A DNA stretch of 64,000 nucleotides from an uncultured virus (IMG/VR IMGVR_UViG_3300017697_000015) (IMGVR_UViG_3300017697_000015:1-64000); one strand, 5' to 3'. Positions 1 to 10,250 are shown, counted from the stretch's first letter. Translations and numbers: made by a program. Notes: generated by a model from the letters alone, not told the origin.

Positions 1-122
1 TAATCAATAGACTCTAATTCAATTGCCAATTGAGGCAATATACGCTCAAATTCATCATCTGTCAGATTACGTAATGTATTTTTTTTATTTAAAAACTGTT
101 CTATCATTTAATTTTTCCATAA

Positions 123-2765
123 TTAAAAATCAAATAAATCAGAGAATGTATTATTCGCTGCTGCTGATTGTAAGTCCCATTTCAAAACACCGATTAGATT
201 TTCAATCTTCTTTGTGATGATAGTTTCTTCCATTAAGCCGTCGTCAAATGGTAGTTCTTTAAACCAATCAGGAATACGCTTTGCGTCAGTCGGATAACCA
301 ATACTAGTCATACCCATTGGGTTTTTCTTCAACTTACATACAATAGTTTTCATACCATCTGTGATATCCATGCTATATGCATCATCGTTTATCTTCTTCA
401 AACGATTCCAATTGATTGCTGCCATTGCATGACCAACGCCACACTTGCCAATCTTATTATATTTCTTTGTATGATTAGTCAAGTTGTTTACACGTTTAGG
501 TGTACCCTTCTGCCAACTATCCATTGCTCTAAACTCGCTGCGAAATTTCACAATACGATCTATTACTATGGATTCTTCAATACCAGTTAGTACCATTCCA
601 AGAATCTCTTTCAAGAACTCCTGCATGAACTTAGGTGTATCACTTCGCTTCAAGTCAAGTCCCATTGCTTTGATCTTGCCAGGCTTACCTTCTACATCTT
701 CGCGCTTGCCTTCGTTATCAATCACCATAAGTGCATAACGCTTCTTTATTACAAACAGACCCGAAGTAGCCACCACTTCACGTGCTGCTGCAATAATTAC
801 TCCTAACTCATGGGTGGTATGAAAGGTGTCCATCATGAATTTTGCAAACGTAGTATCTACTTCTCCACACACTGCATCATAATATGAAATCATTGTGTCA
901 TTATCCCAGTTAATTGAACCTGCTTCAATCTGATCTTTTAAAATAGGATATGCACTAAAATAAGTAGAGTCAGTATCACCATATACAATAGATTTACCTT
1001 TGTGATCATACTCACCAGTAATGACTTCGTTTAATGATGCTGCCATATGTCGTGCAATACAACGACCTGTTAAGGTAGTAGACTGTCCTAATCGCTCGTC
1101 AAAGAAACGACTTCCAGGATTCAATAAAGCACCATACAATGAGTTAAGCAAAATCTTTTTAACTAACTGTCGCTTATCCCAATATGCAAACTTATCACCA
1201 CCTTCATCACGCGCATCTCGTGCTTTCGTTTGTAATATTTTACGTTCAGCATACCAAGTTTCAAGTAATTGAGGTACAATACCTTTCTTCTCGTGTGTGA
1301 ACAATGTACCATTAGCAGTAAGTATCCAAGGCTGATCGCTTTCAAATACAAGTTCGTATATCTCAGCACCAGATAAGGTATGAGCAGTTCCGTCTACAAA
1401 TTCAAGTGTAAGTAATGATGTGGTATTCTTTTCCATTACCATTTCATATTCTATACAAGCAAATCTACCTTCCCACGCTTTCGGTACGTTCAAGTCATGA
1501 TCTTCAAGCATCTTTCTAGTGTGCACATGCTTTATCTGACCGACAACTGTTTCAGTAGACATATTACATGCACGTAAGATAGATGGGTATAATGAATTCA
1601 AGTCAATTGATGCAATATCTCTATGAACACCTTTGATCGGTGTTGCTACATACGCACCTGCTGCTGCAATAGGTTTTTCACCACGCTTCTTGTCAGGTAC
1701 AATTAAACCTTGTGAATGTGCTTCATTGATGATTGCTTGATCAATCTGTGCTACTGATCCCATTGTAGTTGGTAATAGTACGGTGTTTGAGTGTGCAATA
1801 AGATTCGCCAAATCAATGAATTGAAGTTTTTCATCTAATCGAACCATCAAGTCAACATCTTGTATACTATACTGAATGAACTTAAAAAAGTCATTATGGT
1901 ATAATTGATCAAGTGTTCCTTCGTATTCAACCTTTTGATCTCCTAGTTCATATTCACAGATAGCATCTAGTGAGTATGAGTGCATTTCATGATATGTGTA
2001 TTTACGATACAATTCAAGATAATCAAGATGTATACGACCAATCAAGTCATAAGTTTGTGTTTCTTTGCCGAATTTAACAACTTCTTTTTGCTTCGGAAAT
2101 TTATCCCAGAGACAGAACTGTCGTGTGTGACTCTTGCTCAATACACGCGATACACGATTTACTGTGTATGGTATATCAAATCCTTCACTATTCCAACCTG
2201 TCAATATATCGGCATCGTCTATCAACTCTAAGAATGAAGTCAACATTGCTTCTTCGCTATCACACAAGATAGCATTGTCAAACCTATCAACAATCGCTTG
2301 TGCATCTTCCTCAGTCATTGAACTAGGCTTGATTACCAAACACACTGTTTGCTTCATCCAACTCATATGCACTGATATAGCAGTGATCGCGTTAAACGGA
2401 TCATCTGGTGGTGCATAACCTATCTCTCTATTAAAGTCTGTTTCAATATCGAATAATGCCACATTGAGTGTTGGTGGTTCAGCATCAAGATAATTATCTG
2501 CGAGACAACGAAACACTGGGTTTGTGTCGCTCTCAAATAAACCTTTGCGATGGTGTAACTTTTTCTCTGCGGCAAACTTGCGACCAGAATTACACACTAC
2601 TCGCTCTAACGTGTCACCAAAGATAGAAGTATATTTTCCCTTCGGTGACGGATAGTACAATGTATGATGTGCAGGATATTCTAAGTAACGACGGACACCA
2701 TTCACACGTTCAACCACATGAATGATGTCTCTGTCACGATCAATTAATCCATCGACATAACTCAT
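123..2765 (-). CDS. 43: Family B DNA polymerase (T4 gp43-like)
   Basis: 880 aa; exonuclease DIET motif, DLNSLYPS, KILLNSLYG and YGDTDS motifs; no intein evident. Confidence 0.97.
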   Translation of the reverse strand: MSYVDGLIDRDRDIIHVVERVNGVRRYLEYPAHHTLYYPSPKGKYTSIFGDTLERVVCNSGRKFAAEKKLHHRKGLFESDTNPVFRCLADNYLDAEPPTLNVALFDIETDFNREIGYAPPDDPFNAITAISVHMSWMKQTVCLVIKPSSMTEEDAQAIVDRFDNAILCDSEEAMLTSFLELIDDADILTGWNSEGFDIPYTVNRVSRVLSKSHTRQFCLWDKFPKQKEVVKFGKETQTYDLIGRIHLDYLELYRKYTYHEMHSYSLDAICEYELGDQKVEYEGTLDQLYHNDFFKFIQYSIQDVDLMVRLDEKLQFIDLANLIAHSNTVLLPTTMGSVAQIDQAIINEAHSQGLIVPDKKRGEKPIAAAGAYVATPIKGVHRDIASIDLNSLYPSILRACNMSTETVVGQIKHVHTRKMLEDHDLNVPKAWEGRFACIEYEMVMEKNTTSLLTLEFVDGTAHTLSGAEIYELVFESDQPWILTANGTLFTHEKKGIVPQLLETWYAERKILQTKARDARDEGGDKFAYWDKRQLVKKILLNSLYGALLNPGSRFFDERLGQSTTLTGRCIARHMAASLNEVITGEYDHKGKSIVYGDTDSTYFSAYPILKDQIEAGSINWDNDTMISYYDAVCGEVDTTFAKFMMDTFHTTHELGVIIAAAREVVATSGLFVIKKRYALMVIDNEGKREDVEGKPGKIKAMGLDLKRSDTPKFMQEFLKEILGMVLTGIEESIVIDRIVKFRSEFRAMDSWQKGTPKRVNNLTNHTKKYNKIGKCGVGHAMAAINWNRLKKINDDAYSMDITDGMKTIVCKLKKNPMGMTSIGYPTDAKRIPDWFKELPFDDGLMEETIITKKIENLIGVLKWDLQSAAANNTFSDLFDF

Positions 2766-3020
2766 CTACAGAGTACGCCCCACTTTCTCAAGGATATCTT
2801 CAAGTTCGCTGAAGTCTTCACTCGTTTTTTGGAATTCTGATTTATATGCAACACGAATTGCTTTGTTTAGAATCGCAGGCTTAATATCAAGTTCTTCTGC
2901 AATTGCGGTTACTGTGTCTTTAAGACCTTCTTTTAATACATTCACTTCTTCTGTGATGTGAATGCCTTCTGTGATGATCTGCTTTAATTTATTTACGTCT
3001 TCTGGTGAAAAATGAGCCAT
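2766..3020 (-). CDS. T4-like double-stranded DNA-binding protein (DsbA-like)
   Basis: 84-aa helical protein, 'IAEELDIKPAILNKAIRVAYK'; GGAG SD; directly upstream of polymerase. Confidence 0.6.
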   Translation of the reverse strand: MAHFSPEDVNKLKQIITEGIHITEEVNVLKEGLKDTVTAIAEELDIKPAILNKAIRVAYKSEFQKTSEDFSELEDILEKVGRTL

Positions 3021-3071
3021 TGTGATGTTCTCCTAAAATTAATGAATATGCATTAGATAATGCATTTAACT

Positions 3072-3100
3072 ATAATACACTATAAACACAGAGTTGTCAA
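3072..3100 (-). promoter_or_regulatory. Sigma70-type promoter for dsbA-like gene and polymerase
   Basis: TTGACA-17 bp-TATTAT on minus strand. Confidence 0.75.
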
Positions 3101-3134
3101 TTGATTTTTTAGGTTATTTACAAAGGTAATGATA

Positions 3135-3154
3135 ATTGCACTGAGTAGTGCAAT
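3135..3154 (-). terminator. Hairpin after 3164 gene (possible terminator)
   Basis: ATTGCACT-4 nt-AGTGCAAT perfect 8-bp stem; weak U-tract. Confidence 0.4.
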
Positions 3155-3163
3155 CGTGACATA

Positions 3164-4165
3164 TTACAAGTCTAAGATAATACCTGTTGTAGAAGGTTTA
3201 TTAGTAACAACTAGTCTTAAATTGTTTTTATGAGTTTCAGGATTTTTTAATAACTTAGGCAGACCGAGTGTATTCTTTTCATCATACGCCACTTGAACTG
3301 TCTTATTATCTGCTATGTCACGCTTACGTATTCTAAAGTAGAAATTACCGATTTTATTAATGTACTCTTCTATTGTATAGAATTTTCCATTTAAATTCAA
3401 CATATTATTATTATCAACTTCTCCGATAGCATCCATAGGACCTACATACATATAATCAATAGGGCCACCCATTGCTTCGTTTCCTCTCATTATGCTTTCT
3501 ACATAATCGTCTGGTACACGCACAAATATATCTGGGATATGCTTTGATGCAATAATATCACCATTGGTTAATTGTAATTCATTCTTCATGAACTCTTCAA
3601 TTCTTGCAAATATCTTTTTGAATAAATCTGGTGCTACTGAATTGATTCCTGCTGCACCGCCGCCACCTAATGAGGGAGCAGTTGTTCCTTTCATAGAGAT
3701 ACCATGATCTTTTCCTTTACTGTCAGTTATGAATATATCAATGTATCGTTCTTTCTTCATTGCATTCACACCTTCATTACCACGCGCTGATTGTGCGGTA
3801 ATACCCATTTTGCTAATCACACAACCTGGATTATTATTGATTATTTCTATTAAACCATGTTCTTGCTTTTCAGAGGTGTCTTTCTTACTACCTGTGCTAC
3901 CGAATTCTTTAGTTTTTTGTAATTGAGTAAGACGAATTGAACCGCCTTCTTCCATATCAAACATCGCAGGGATATCGTTTTTCTTTAAACGCTCAATAAT
4001 ATCTGGGTCATTAACTAACACAATAGAAGGCTCAGTTTCTCCTGCTTTTACAAATGGAGAACCTGATTGAATCTTTGCTATGAATAAATCCAACCGCTTA
4101 CCACCATACTTGCGTAATTCTTGATTGGTCAGAGATCCTTCTTGTAAAAATTGAGTTGCTTGCAT
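3164..4165 (-). CDS. Hypothetical protein with PD-(D/E)xK restriction-endonuclease-like motif
   Basis: 'EKQE...YIDIFIT...ISMKG'; start reassigned to MQATQFLQE at 4165 because the upstream part overlaps a small Cys-rich ORF. Confidence 0.55.
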   Translation of the reverse strand: MQATQFLQEGSLTNQELRKYGGKRLDLFIAKIQSGSPFVKAGETEPSIVLVNDPDIIERLKKNDIPAMFDMEEGGSIRLTQLQKTKEFGSTGSKKDTSEKQEHGLIEIINNNPGCVISKMGITAQSARGNEGVNAMKKERYIDIFITDSKGKDHGISMKGTTAPSLGGGGAAGINSVAPDLFKKIFARIEEFMKNELQLTNGDIIASKHIPDIFVRVPDDYVESIMRGNEAMGGPIDYMYVGPMDAIGEVDNNNMLNLNGKFYTIEEYINKIGNFYFRIRKRDIADNKTVQVAYDEKNTLGLPKLLKNPETHKNNLRLVVTNKPSTTGIILDL

Positions 4166-4175
4166 AATAGTTCTC

Positions 4176-4340
4176 TTAGTCTTCTGGTATACACTTCTTG
4201 CACTGACATGAATCACACACTTTGATTCGTCTTGGGATTTCACCCAATATGGTTAATGTGCGATATCTTGCGGCTTTGCCATGACAAACTCCACCGCATT
4301 GATTACATTCATTTCTACTTTCTAGTGATGGTTCAAACAT
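4176..4340 (-). CDS. Small Cys-rich zinc-binding protein (54 aa, not in ORF track)
   Basis: MFEPSLESRNECNQCGGVCHGK...VCDSCQCKKCIPED; TAATG coupling to upstream gene. Confidence 0.7.
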   Translation of the reverse strand: MFEPSLESRNECNQCGGVCHGKAARYRTLTILGEIPRRIKVCDSCQCKKCIPED

Positions 4341-5521
4341 TATTTTTTCGCTTTTAATTTTGCTTTCTTTCTAGCAGATTCAAACATAGATGATGCTTGT
4401 TCTGAAACATGTTTCATATCTAATAGATACGGGGAAATACCTGCTGTTGATTTTAATTTCCAAATCGCTGCTGCTTTTGTTGCTGCTTCGTAACTAGTTG
4501 ATGCTGAAACTTCAATTGGATTTTTCTTTGCGTGTACAACTTTGTACATACGATCTCCTTCTTGTGTTCCAGTTGCTTCGGTCACATTGTTTAATTTTGC
4601 AGATTCATCCCAAGAGAATTCACCACCCAATGCTGCTGCTACATCTTCAAACGAATCAAACCCTTGATTATTAAAAAATAAAGTATCTGCGTTTGTGTCA
4701 ATTTCATACATACCTTGATCAACACCATCTTTATATATGTGGCCTGCGCTACCTTCATTGTCCATTTCTGTACGCTGACGTGTGATAACAGAGTTGGTAT
4801 CTCCAGCACCAGCAAATAATGCATTTAAACCACGCTTTTCGACTGCTGCTTTCTTTGCTGCTCTTTTCGCTTCCCATCGTTCATCAGCAACTTTATCGCC
4901 TACCAAATGTGGTAAATTTTCAATGGTACGCTTCAATGGAGCACTCAAGCCTGGTCTAGACGAAATTCCTTCATCTACGTCATAGTCTGCATCTAGATCC
5001 ATCATATCGTAATCCATTGCATGGTACACACTTGATATATCGTCTGCTGCTATAGTAATTTTAGCTTGCTGCCAACCTTGAATACCTTCTACTTCTGATA
5101 CAGATTTTAACATATCATGAAGTTTCATAGCATATTTTGCTATCTTATATAGATCAGCACGTGCCATTTGCACTTCGTGATCACGTTCTGCTACGTTGGC
5201 TAAGTCGCCAAATGCGCCTTCGTTAATTTTTTTGTTTGTCATGGGAATTTCCTGTATGTTTGATTCTTTAATTTTACGAATTACGTTATAGCCCTCGCTA
5301 TCATCAATTCTGTATGTGTCGTTATGTACTGGGATAGATTTTCTAGATTTACCAAATCCTACAATTACGGTTCGCTTATCTTTGTCAAGATTGACTCCTA
5401 CTATTTCTGCTACATTAGCATCATCAATTTGAATATAAACTGTATCACCACGTCCAAGTAAGTTAGAAACTTCTTGTGATAATGGTAATGTTGACTTCTC
5501 ATTTAATTGTTCGAATTTCAT
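4340..5521 (-). CDS. Modular putative internal head protein
   Basis: 393 aa; MKFEQLNE start; module 'DHEVQMARADLYKIAKYAMKLHDML'; several [LIV]xE sites. Confidence 0.6.
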   Translation of the reverse strand: MKFEQLNEKSTLPLSQEVSNLLGRGDTVYIQIDDANVAEIVGVNLDKDKRTVIVGFGKSRKSIPVHNDTYRIDDSEGYNVIRKIKESNIQEIPMTNKKINEGAFGDLANVAERDHEVQMARADLYKIAKYAMKLHDMLKSVSEVEGIQGWQQAKITIAADDISSVYHAMDYDMMDLDADYDVDEGISSRPGLSAPLKRTIENLPHLVGDKVADERWEAKRAAKKAAVEKRGLNALFAGAGDTNSVITRQRTEMDNEGSAGHIYKDGVDQGMYEIDTNADTLFFNNQGFDSFEDVAAALGGEFSWDESAKLNNVTEATGTQEGDRMYKVVHAKKNPIEVSASTSYEAATKAAAIWKLKSTAGISPYLLDMKHVSEQASSMFESARKKAKLKAKK

Positions 5522-5727
5522 TTATCTTTTTTATCCAACTTGTATTGTCTAAATCCTTTAAAAGATTTATTTGATTTACCTAAACCTAAATGTCCTTTAG
5601 GATCAACTGCCTTTCTAGCAGCCATTTTCGTAGTTCCAGGTGTCATTGGGAACGAAACAGCACCAAAATTGCCAGACATCGTATCACCTGTTGCTGCCTC
5701 TTCACTTATAATTTCATTTATTTTCAT
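5518..5727 (-). CDS. Small MKINE-tag protein
   Basis: Start reassigned to MKINEIISEE at 5727; ATGA overlap with next gene. Confidence 0.65.
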   Translation of the reverse strand: MKINEIISEEAATGDTMSGNFGAVSFPMTPGTTKMAARKAVDPKGHLGLGKSNKSFKGFRQYKLDKKDK

Positions 5728-5731
5728 AATA

Positions 5732-5986
5732 TTATTTATGCAATAATGCACTTTGTCCATTGTCAGTTTGTTTGACTAATTGCTTCGATATTCGCCTATC
5801 TTGCTTTTTACTAGATTTCTTCGCTTTCTGCTTTTTTGCGACTACTGTCCTATGTTCATGTAATTCATATTCTGATTCTTTTTTATTTTCTAGACCTGTC
5901 CATATTTTTGCATCTTCTTTTGCAACACTATTCATGGGACCATGTAAATCTTCGATATCATGATTCTCTACTTTCTTGTTCGCCAT
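5732..5986 (-). CDS. Hypothetical basic protein
   Basis: 84 aa; GGAGG SD. Confidence 0.6.
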   Translation of the reverse strand: MANKKVENHDIEDLHGPMNSVAKEDAKIWTGLENKKESEYELHEHRTVVAKKQKAKKSSKKQDRRISKQLVKQTDNGQSALLHK

Positions 5987-6008
5987 AATCTGCCTCCTGC
6001 ATTACTAT

Positions 6009-6389
6009 TTATCTATAAAACTGAACTCTCATATGTGTTTTGTTTGCAACTTTTAAACTCGCTTTATTATTTGGATTTATCTTGCACCATAATTGTCTAT
6101 AATGATATATTTCTTTTATCTGCTCAATTGCTGCTGTAGCAATACCATTATTTTGATATATTTTAGCAACCAAATATGCAGTTTCATGCGTATCTTTTAT
6201 CTCAATCGCACCAGCAAGTATACCATCATTGAGCCAAATACCCCATGTGTTGTATTCAGTAATAAACGACAATGCTATCTCTCTAGTAAAGGGCCAAGTG
6301 ATATATGCGTTTTTTGCTATATCTTCCTTTACTATACTTTGCAGTTTATAAACATCAGCAGGCGTTAGTCTACGTACTGTAATATCCAT
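6009..6389 (-). CDS. GNAT (RimJ/RimL-like) acetyltransferase
   Basis: 'YQNNGIATAA' motif A and 'INPNNKASLKV' motif B. Confidence 0.8.
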   Translation of the reverse strand: MDITVRRLTPADVYKLQSIVKEDIAKNAYITWPFTREIALSFITEYNTWGIWLNDGILAGAIEIKDTHETAYLVAKIYQNNGIATAAIEQIKEIYHYRQLWCKINPNNKASLKVANKTHMRVQFYR

Positions 6390-6395
6390 TATTAC

Positions 6396-7319
6396 TCATT
6401 CTTCTATATTTGATGAAGGATACTGCTTTTTGTAAGTTTGTACCAAAGCACGTCTGTCAAAATCTTTTGCGGTGCGTCTTGATACTAATGCTGCAAGTTT
6501 GTTCAATCCATATGATGGATATTCATCATGAAATTCTGACATCATTGCTGCTGCTTTTTTGTACATTGCTGCGTGTGTTGGTAATATCATACCCATTAAT
6601 GCTCCTATAGACTCGTCTAAGCCCTTGTCTGCTGTTGCAATGAGTCTAATGTCATTGTATCTAACTAAGTCTGCATCTTTTAATTCAGCACTGATTTCTT
6701 TTTTACCTTCGTCCCACTCTACCTGTGCTTGTTCTGCTGACAATTCACCTGATTGCTTACGACTACCAATATCTTTCATTAATGCATCTAATTCATCTCT
6801 TAATACATCAGTTGATGAATCACCATGATAAATTACACTGTCGGAGTCTTCAGTAGGATCCCATTGAAAAAATTCTTTATCACCCTTTGCTCTTGGATTC
6901 CATCCATACACAAACACACCAGACATCTTTGCTAATCGTTCCCATAAGGTCTTGCTACCTTTGGACTGCTTATAATCACTAACAATAGTATGACCATAAT
7001 CAACTATCGCCATTTTATACAATAATGGTGCTATACCTTTTCCTTGAATCACTTCATCAAAGAACACAACACTCTTATGCATTCCTTCATACTTGTGCTC
7101 AGGTTTTAATCGTAACTCACCTAAAAATCCGTCACCGTATGGCTCTTTTACCAAGAATGATACATCACCTTCATCAATTGTATGAATCTCATATCCGTTT
7201 ATCTTCTTACCAGTTGATTCAGTTGATCCTATCATGTCATCTAGATCATACTTTGACATATCATCTTTTTGAACATCTGATGAATACTCTATTTCATTTA
7301 TTACTTCATTAATTTTCAT
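6396..7319 (-). CDS. MKINE-tag protein with GNAT-like domain (paralog 1)
   Basis: 'IQGKGIAPLLYK' acetyl-CoA-binding-like motif and 'QSKGSKTLWERL'. Confidence 0.65.
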   Translation of the reverse strand: MKINEVINEIEYSSDVQKDDMSKYDLDDMIGSTESTGKKINGYEIHTIDEGDVSFLVKEPYGDGFLGELRLKPEHKYEGMHKSVVFFDEVIQGKGIAPLLYKMAIVDYGHTIVSDYKQSKGSKTLWERLAKMSGVFVYGWNPRAKGDKEFFQWDPTEDSDSVIYHGDSSTDVLRDELDALMKDIGSRKQSGELSAEQAQVEWDEGKKEISAELKDADLVRYNDIRLIATADKGLDESIGALMGMILPTHAAMYKKAAAMMSEFHDEYPSYGLNKLAALVSRRTAKDFDRRALVQTYKKQYPSSNIEE

Positions 7320-7321
7320 TA

Positions 7322-8233
7322 TTATTCTCCAAGACTATCATCAGCCGTTGCAATTAGTCTAATGTCTTTCAGACGATTGGGATACCTATCGTTTATTTCA
7401 TCCTGGATCGCCTGTTTTTCATCTTCTAAGGCTGCTGACATTTGAGCCATTGTAGTGAATTCACCTGATTTCTTACGAGACATAACATCTAGTTTTAATT
7501 CATGCATCTGGTTTTGTAATGCTGTTATTTCTGTATCACGATGATATACTTCACCACCTGCATCTTCCGAAGGATCCCACTGAAAGAATGCGTTGTCTCC
7601 TTTCTCTTTTGGATTCCAACCATATACAAACACACCTGGAATGTTAGATAACCTTTCCCACAATGTCTTACTACCTTTAGACTGATTCATATCACTAACA
7701 ATAGTATAACCATAATCAACAACTGCCATTTTATACAATAATGGTGCTATACCTTTTCCTTGAATCACTTTATCAAAGAACACAGTACTCATATAATATC
7801 CACGTTCTTGTGTCAATTCTAACACACCTAAAAATCCATAACGTGCTGGGTCTTCTACCAAAAAGTACACGGAACGATCATCTGACCTCATATGAATATT
7901 ATAGTCGTTGATCTTCTTTCCAGTTGACTTAGTTAAACCAATGTGTTTGTCAAACTCATAACGTGAAATACTATCTTTTGATAGATCAACATACTCTATC
8001 TCATCAATACGATCTTCTTTAACAATGCCATTAGCGATACGCACACTTGCTCTATCCATCATACGCTTCACTTTCATGATGCCTTTACCAGTTTTAAACA
8101 ATCCTTTCAATACGGGAACTGTCATAGTCAGTGCTGCGCTTAATGCTACTATCTCTTCACCAGACAATGACATCAATGTCTTCGCTATTTCCATAGCATC
8201 TTCTTTAATGGTAACAACTTCATTAATTTTCAT
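7322..8233 (-). CDS. MKINE-tag protein with GNAT-like domain (paralog 2)
   Basis: Same domain as 6396..7319 with a different flanking module. Confidence 0.65.
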   Translation of the reverse strand: MKINEVVTIKEDAMEIAKTLMSLSGEEIVALSAALTMTVPVLKGLFKTGKGIMKVKRMMDRASVRIANGIVKEDRIDEIEYVDLSKDSISRYEFDKHIGLTKSTGKKINDYNIHMRSDDRSVYFLVEDPARYGFLGVLELTQERGYYMSTVFFDKVIQGKGIAPLLYKMAVVDYGYTIVSDMNQSKGSKTLWERLSNIPGVFVYGWNPKEKGDNAFFQWDPSEDAGGEVYHRDTEITALQNQMHELKLDVMSRKKSGEFTTMAQMSAALEDEKQAIQDEINDRYPNRLKDIRLIATADDSLGE

Positions 8234-8243
8234 TGTTATTCTC

Positions 8244-8555
8244 CTAATTCTTTACGTTCTTTGCTTTGCCTTTGCGGTTCTTATTGGGATCATTTCTTTG
8301 TTTACGTTTAACTGCGGTAGCAATACCCTTTGCTCCATCTTTTTTACCGTCTTTGTTTTTATCAGCATTACGTAGTTTAGCGGCTGCACTCTTACTTAGA
8401 CATTTTGGTTTACCTTTACCATCACCATCGCCACACTTACCAACACGTTCGCCTTTGCTGTTGTAACGATCCCAACCACCGCCACCAGCACCACCTTTTT
8501 TGCCCTTTCCGAACCATGCGCGTAAATCTTCATTTATGATTTCGTTGATATTCAT
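8244..8555 (-). CDS. Basic MNINE-tag protein
   Basis: 'EDLRAWFGKGKKGGAGGGGWDRY..GKCG..KPKC'; start at 8555 by ATGA overlap. Confidence 0.65.
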   Translation of the reverse strand: MNINEIINEDLRAWFGKGKKGGAGGGGWDRYNSKGERVGKCGDGDGKGKPKCLSKSAAAKLRNADKNKDGKKDGAKGIATAVKRKQRNDPNKNRKGKAKNVKN

Positions 8556-8800
8556 TTCTTTGATTTCCCCCAATTGGAAGCACCGACTTTACGACACTTA
8601 ACTAATGCACCTGATGCATATGCTGAAGGCCATACTTTGTAACGACTTTTAACTTTGTGATAGCAAGCGTCTTTCTCGCCTGCTGCTTCTTCAAACTGTT
8701 CTTCTGATATCATCTGAGATTCAGTTTCTTTGTCATCTGTTACAAAATGCTTCTGAGCATTGGTTAATCCTTTATCATTTAAAATATCATTAATTTTCAT
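8552..8800 (-). CDS. Conserved phage protein (DUF5872-like)
   Basis: 'KDACYHKVKSRYKVWPSAYASGALVKCRK'; MKIND start. Confidence 0.6.
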   Translation of the reverse strand: MKINDILNDKGLTNAQKHFVTDDKETESQMISEEQFEEAAGEKDACYHKVKSRYKVWPSAYASGALVKCRKVGASNWGKSKK

Positions 8801-8802
8801 TA

Positions 8803-9801
8803 TTATTCTCCTAGTCCCATATTAAATAATTTATGAGATGAACTGCCACTCAATATAGGCGGACCTTTCTTTGTTATTTTGTTTCCGAACTTTGCTGCCT
8901 GTCGCTCAGTTTCACCAGGCTTTACATCTACTGTGGTATTAACGCCTGGCACAATCTTACCATCTTCTACTATTGATTCGTTTACTTTAAACTCCCAAGA
9001 GTCAATTTTGCTAGGAACGATAACACCACGAGGCGCTGAATATCTACTTACATCTAGCATATCTTGCCACCATACCCCATCAAGTCCTGCTTGCTCTGCA
9101 TATACGGGTAGAACAAAATCTAGTACACCAGTTGCTTCCATGCGTGTCTGTCTTGCTGCTTTTTTCAGTTTATCAGTTGGAACAATACCACCCTTGTCTA
9201 CTTCAACGTCATAGTGTTCTAATTCACCATCATATTCATATTCTGCATCTGCCATTGAATTGAAAGTTGAACAAAGGTCATCTTCCATTTCATCATCATA
9301 GTAACATACTGTAACAGTTTCTTGCTGTTCTAAGTATCCATTTTCAATTGCCCATTGTTTGATTACTTCGTAATGCGAATCTGTAAGTGCATGTGCATTT
9401 AGGAATCTGTTTCCATCTTTGGTAGCACTATATGTATCCCCAGTTACATGTCCTCTAGCAATCTTTTTCCAATCATCTGGATGGGTACTCACGCTCAACC
9501 CTGCACCCTCATATCCATCACGCTTCTTTGACGCATCTAATGTGCCAACATGATATAAATTTTTTACTGATGTAACTGGCAATGCTGGCGATTGATCTTC
9601 TTGTACCAATTTACTATGTCTATCTTTGAATACCTTCTTATCACCTTTTGTAGTCTTCATTACAGGTTGATTGTGAGCATCTTTTGTAAACCCCTTTACA
9701 GTTGCTTTACTGTTCTTGAATTTACCAACCAGCACTTCATCACCTACTTCTATCGTAGGTAATGTTAGTTTCGTTGGTTCTACTATTTCACTAATTTTCA
9801 T
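8803..9801 (-). CDS. Modular MKISE-tag protein
   Basis: 332 aa; N-terminal 'IEVGDEVLVGKFKN' module, central domain, C-terminal 'GKIVPGVNTTVDV' module. Confidence 0.6.
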   Translation of the reverse strand: MKISEIVEPTKLTLPTIEVGDEVLVGKFKNSKATVKGFTKDAHNQPVMKTTKGDKKVFKDRHSKLVQEDQSPALPVTSVKNLYHVGTLDASKKRDGYEGAGLSVSTHPDDWKKIARGHVTGDTYSATKDGNRFLNAHALTDSHYEVIKQWAIENGYLEQQETVTVCYYDDEMEDDLCSTFNSMADAEYEYDGELEHYDVEVDKGGIVPTDKLKKAARQTRMEATGVLDFVLPVYAEQAGLDGVWWQDMLDVSRYSAPRGVIVPSKIDSWEFKVNESIVEDGKIVPGVNTTVDVKPGETERQAAKFGNKITKKGPPILSGSSSHKLFNMGLGE

Positions 9802-9809
9802 ATACTATA

Positions 9810-10250
9810 TTACCATTTTTTACAAGACCAATATCCTGCTGTGGTTCTATCTTTTTTATCAGCACACTTATGACGTGCACGAAAACTCTTTCTTGCTGCT
9901 GGATTAGACTTTCTAATGCGCATATCAGGATCACCAAAGTTAACTTTAACTACGTTACCTTTGTCATTCTTTACATACACTTTGAACTTCTTAACATCAC
10001 CTCGTGAAGGCTTGCCTAGTTTAACTTTACGACCTTGGTATTCTGCTTCGTCTAAGATTTCTAATTCATCATACAACATACTTAATTCACCTTCGTATGT
10101 GTATTCGTCTTCACTAACCTCTATGACACAATTGTTTACACGAACACCATTGTCTATTTTTGTACCATCTTTTTTATAACCATCCCAACATTCAGGATCT
10201 AATCTTTTTGTTTTCTTCTTTTTTGCTTCATATAAATCTTGTATTCTCAT
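9810..10250 (-). CDS. Conserved basic phage protein (DUF6321-like)
   Basis: 'EAEYQGRKVKLGKP...VNFGDPDMRIRKSNPAARKSFRARHKC...YWSCKKW'. Confidence 0.65.
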   Translation of the reverse strand: MRIQDLYEAKKKKTKRLDPECWDGYKKDGTKIDNGVRVNNCVIEVSEDEYTYEGELSMLYDELEILDEAEYQGRKVKLGKPSRGDVKKFKVYVKNDKGNVVKVNFGDPDMRIRKSNPAARKSFRARHKCADKKDRTTAGYWSCKKW

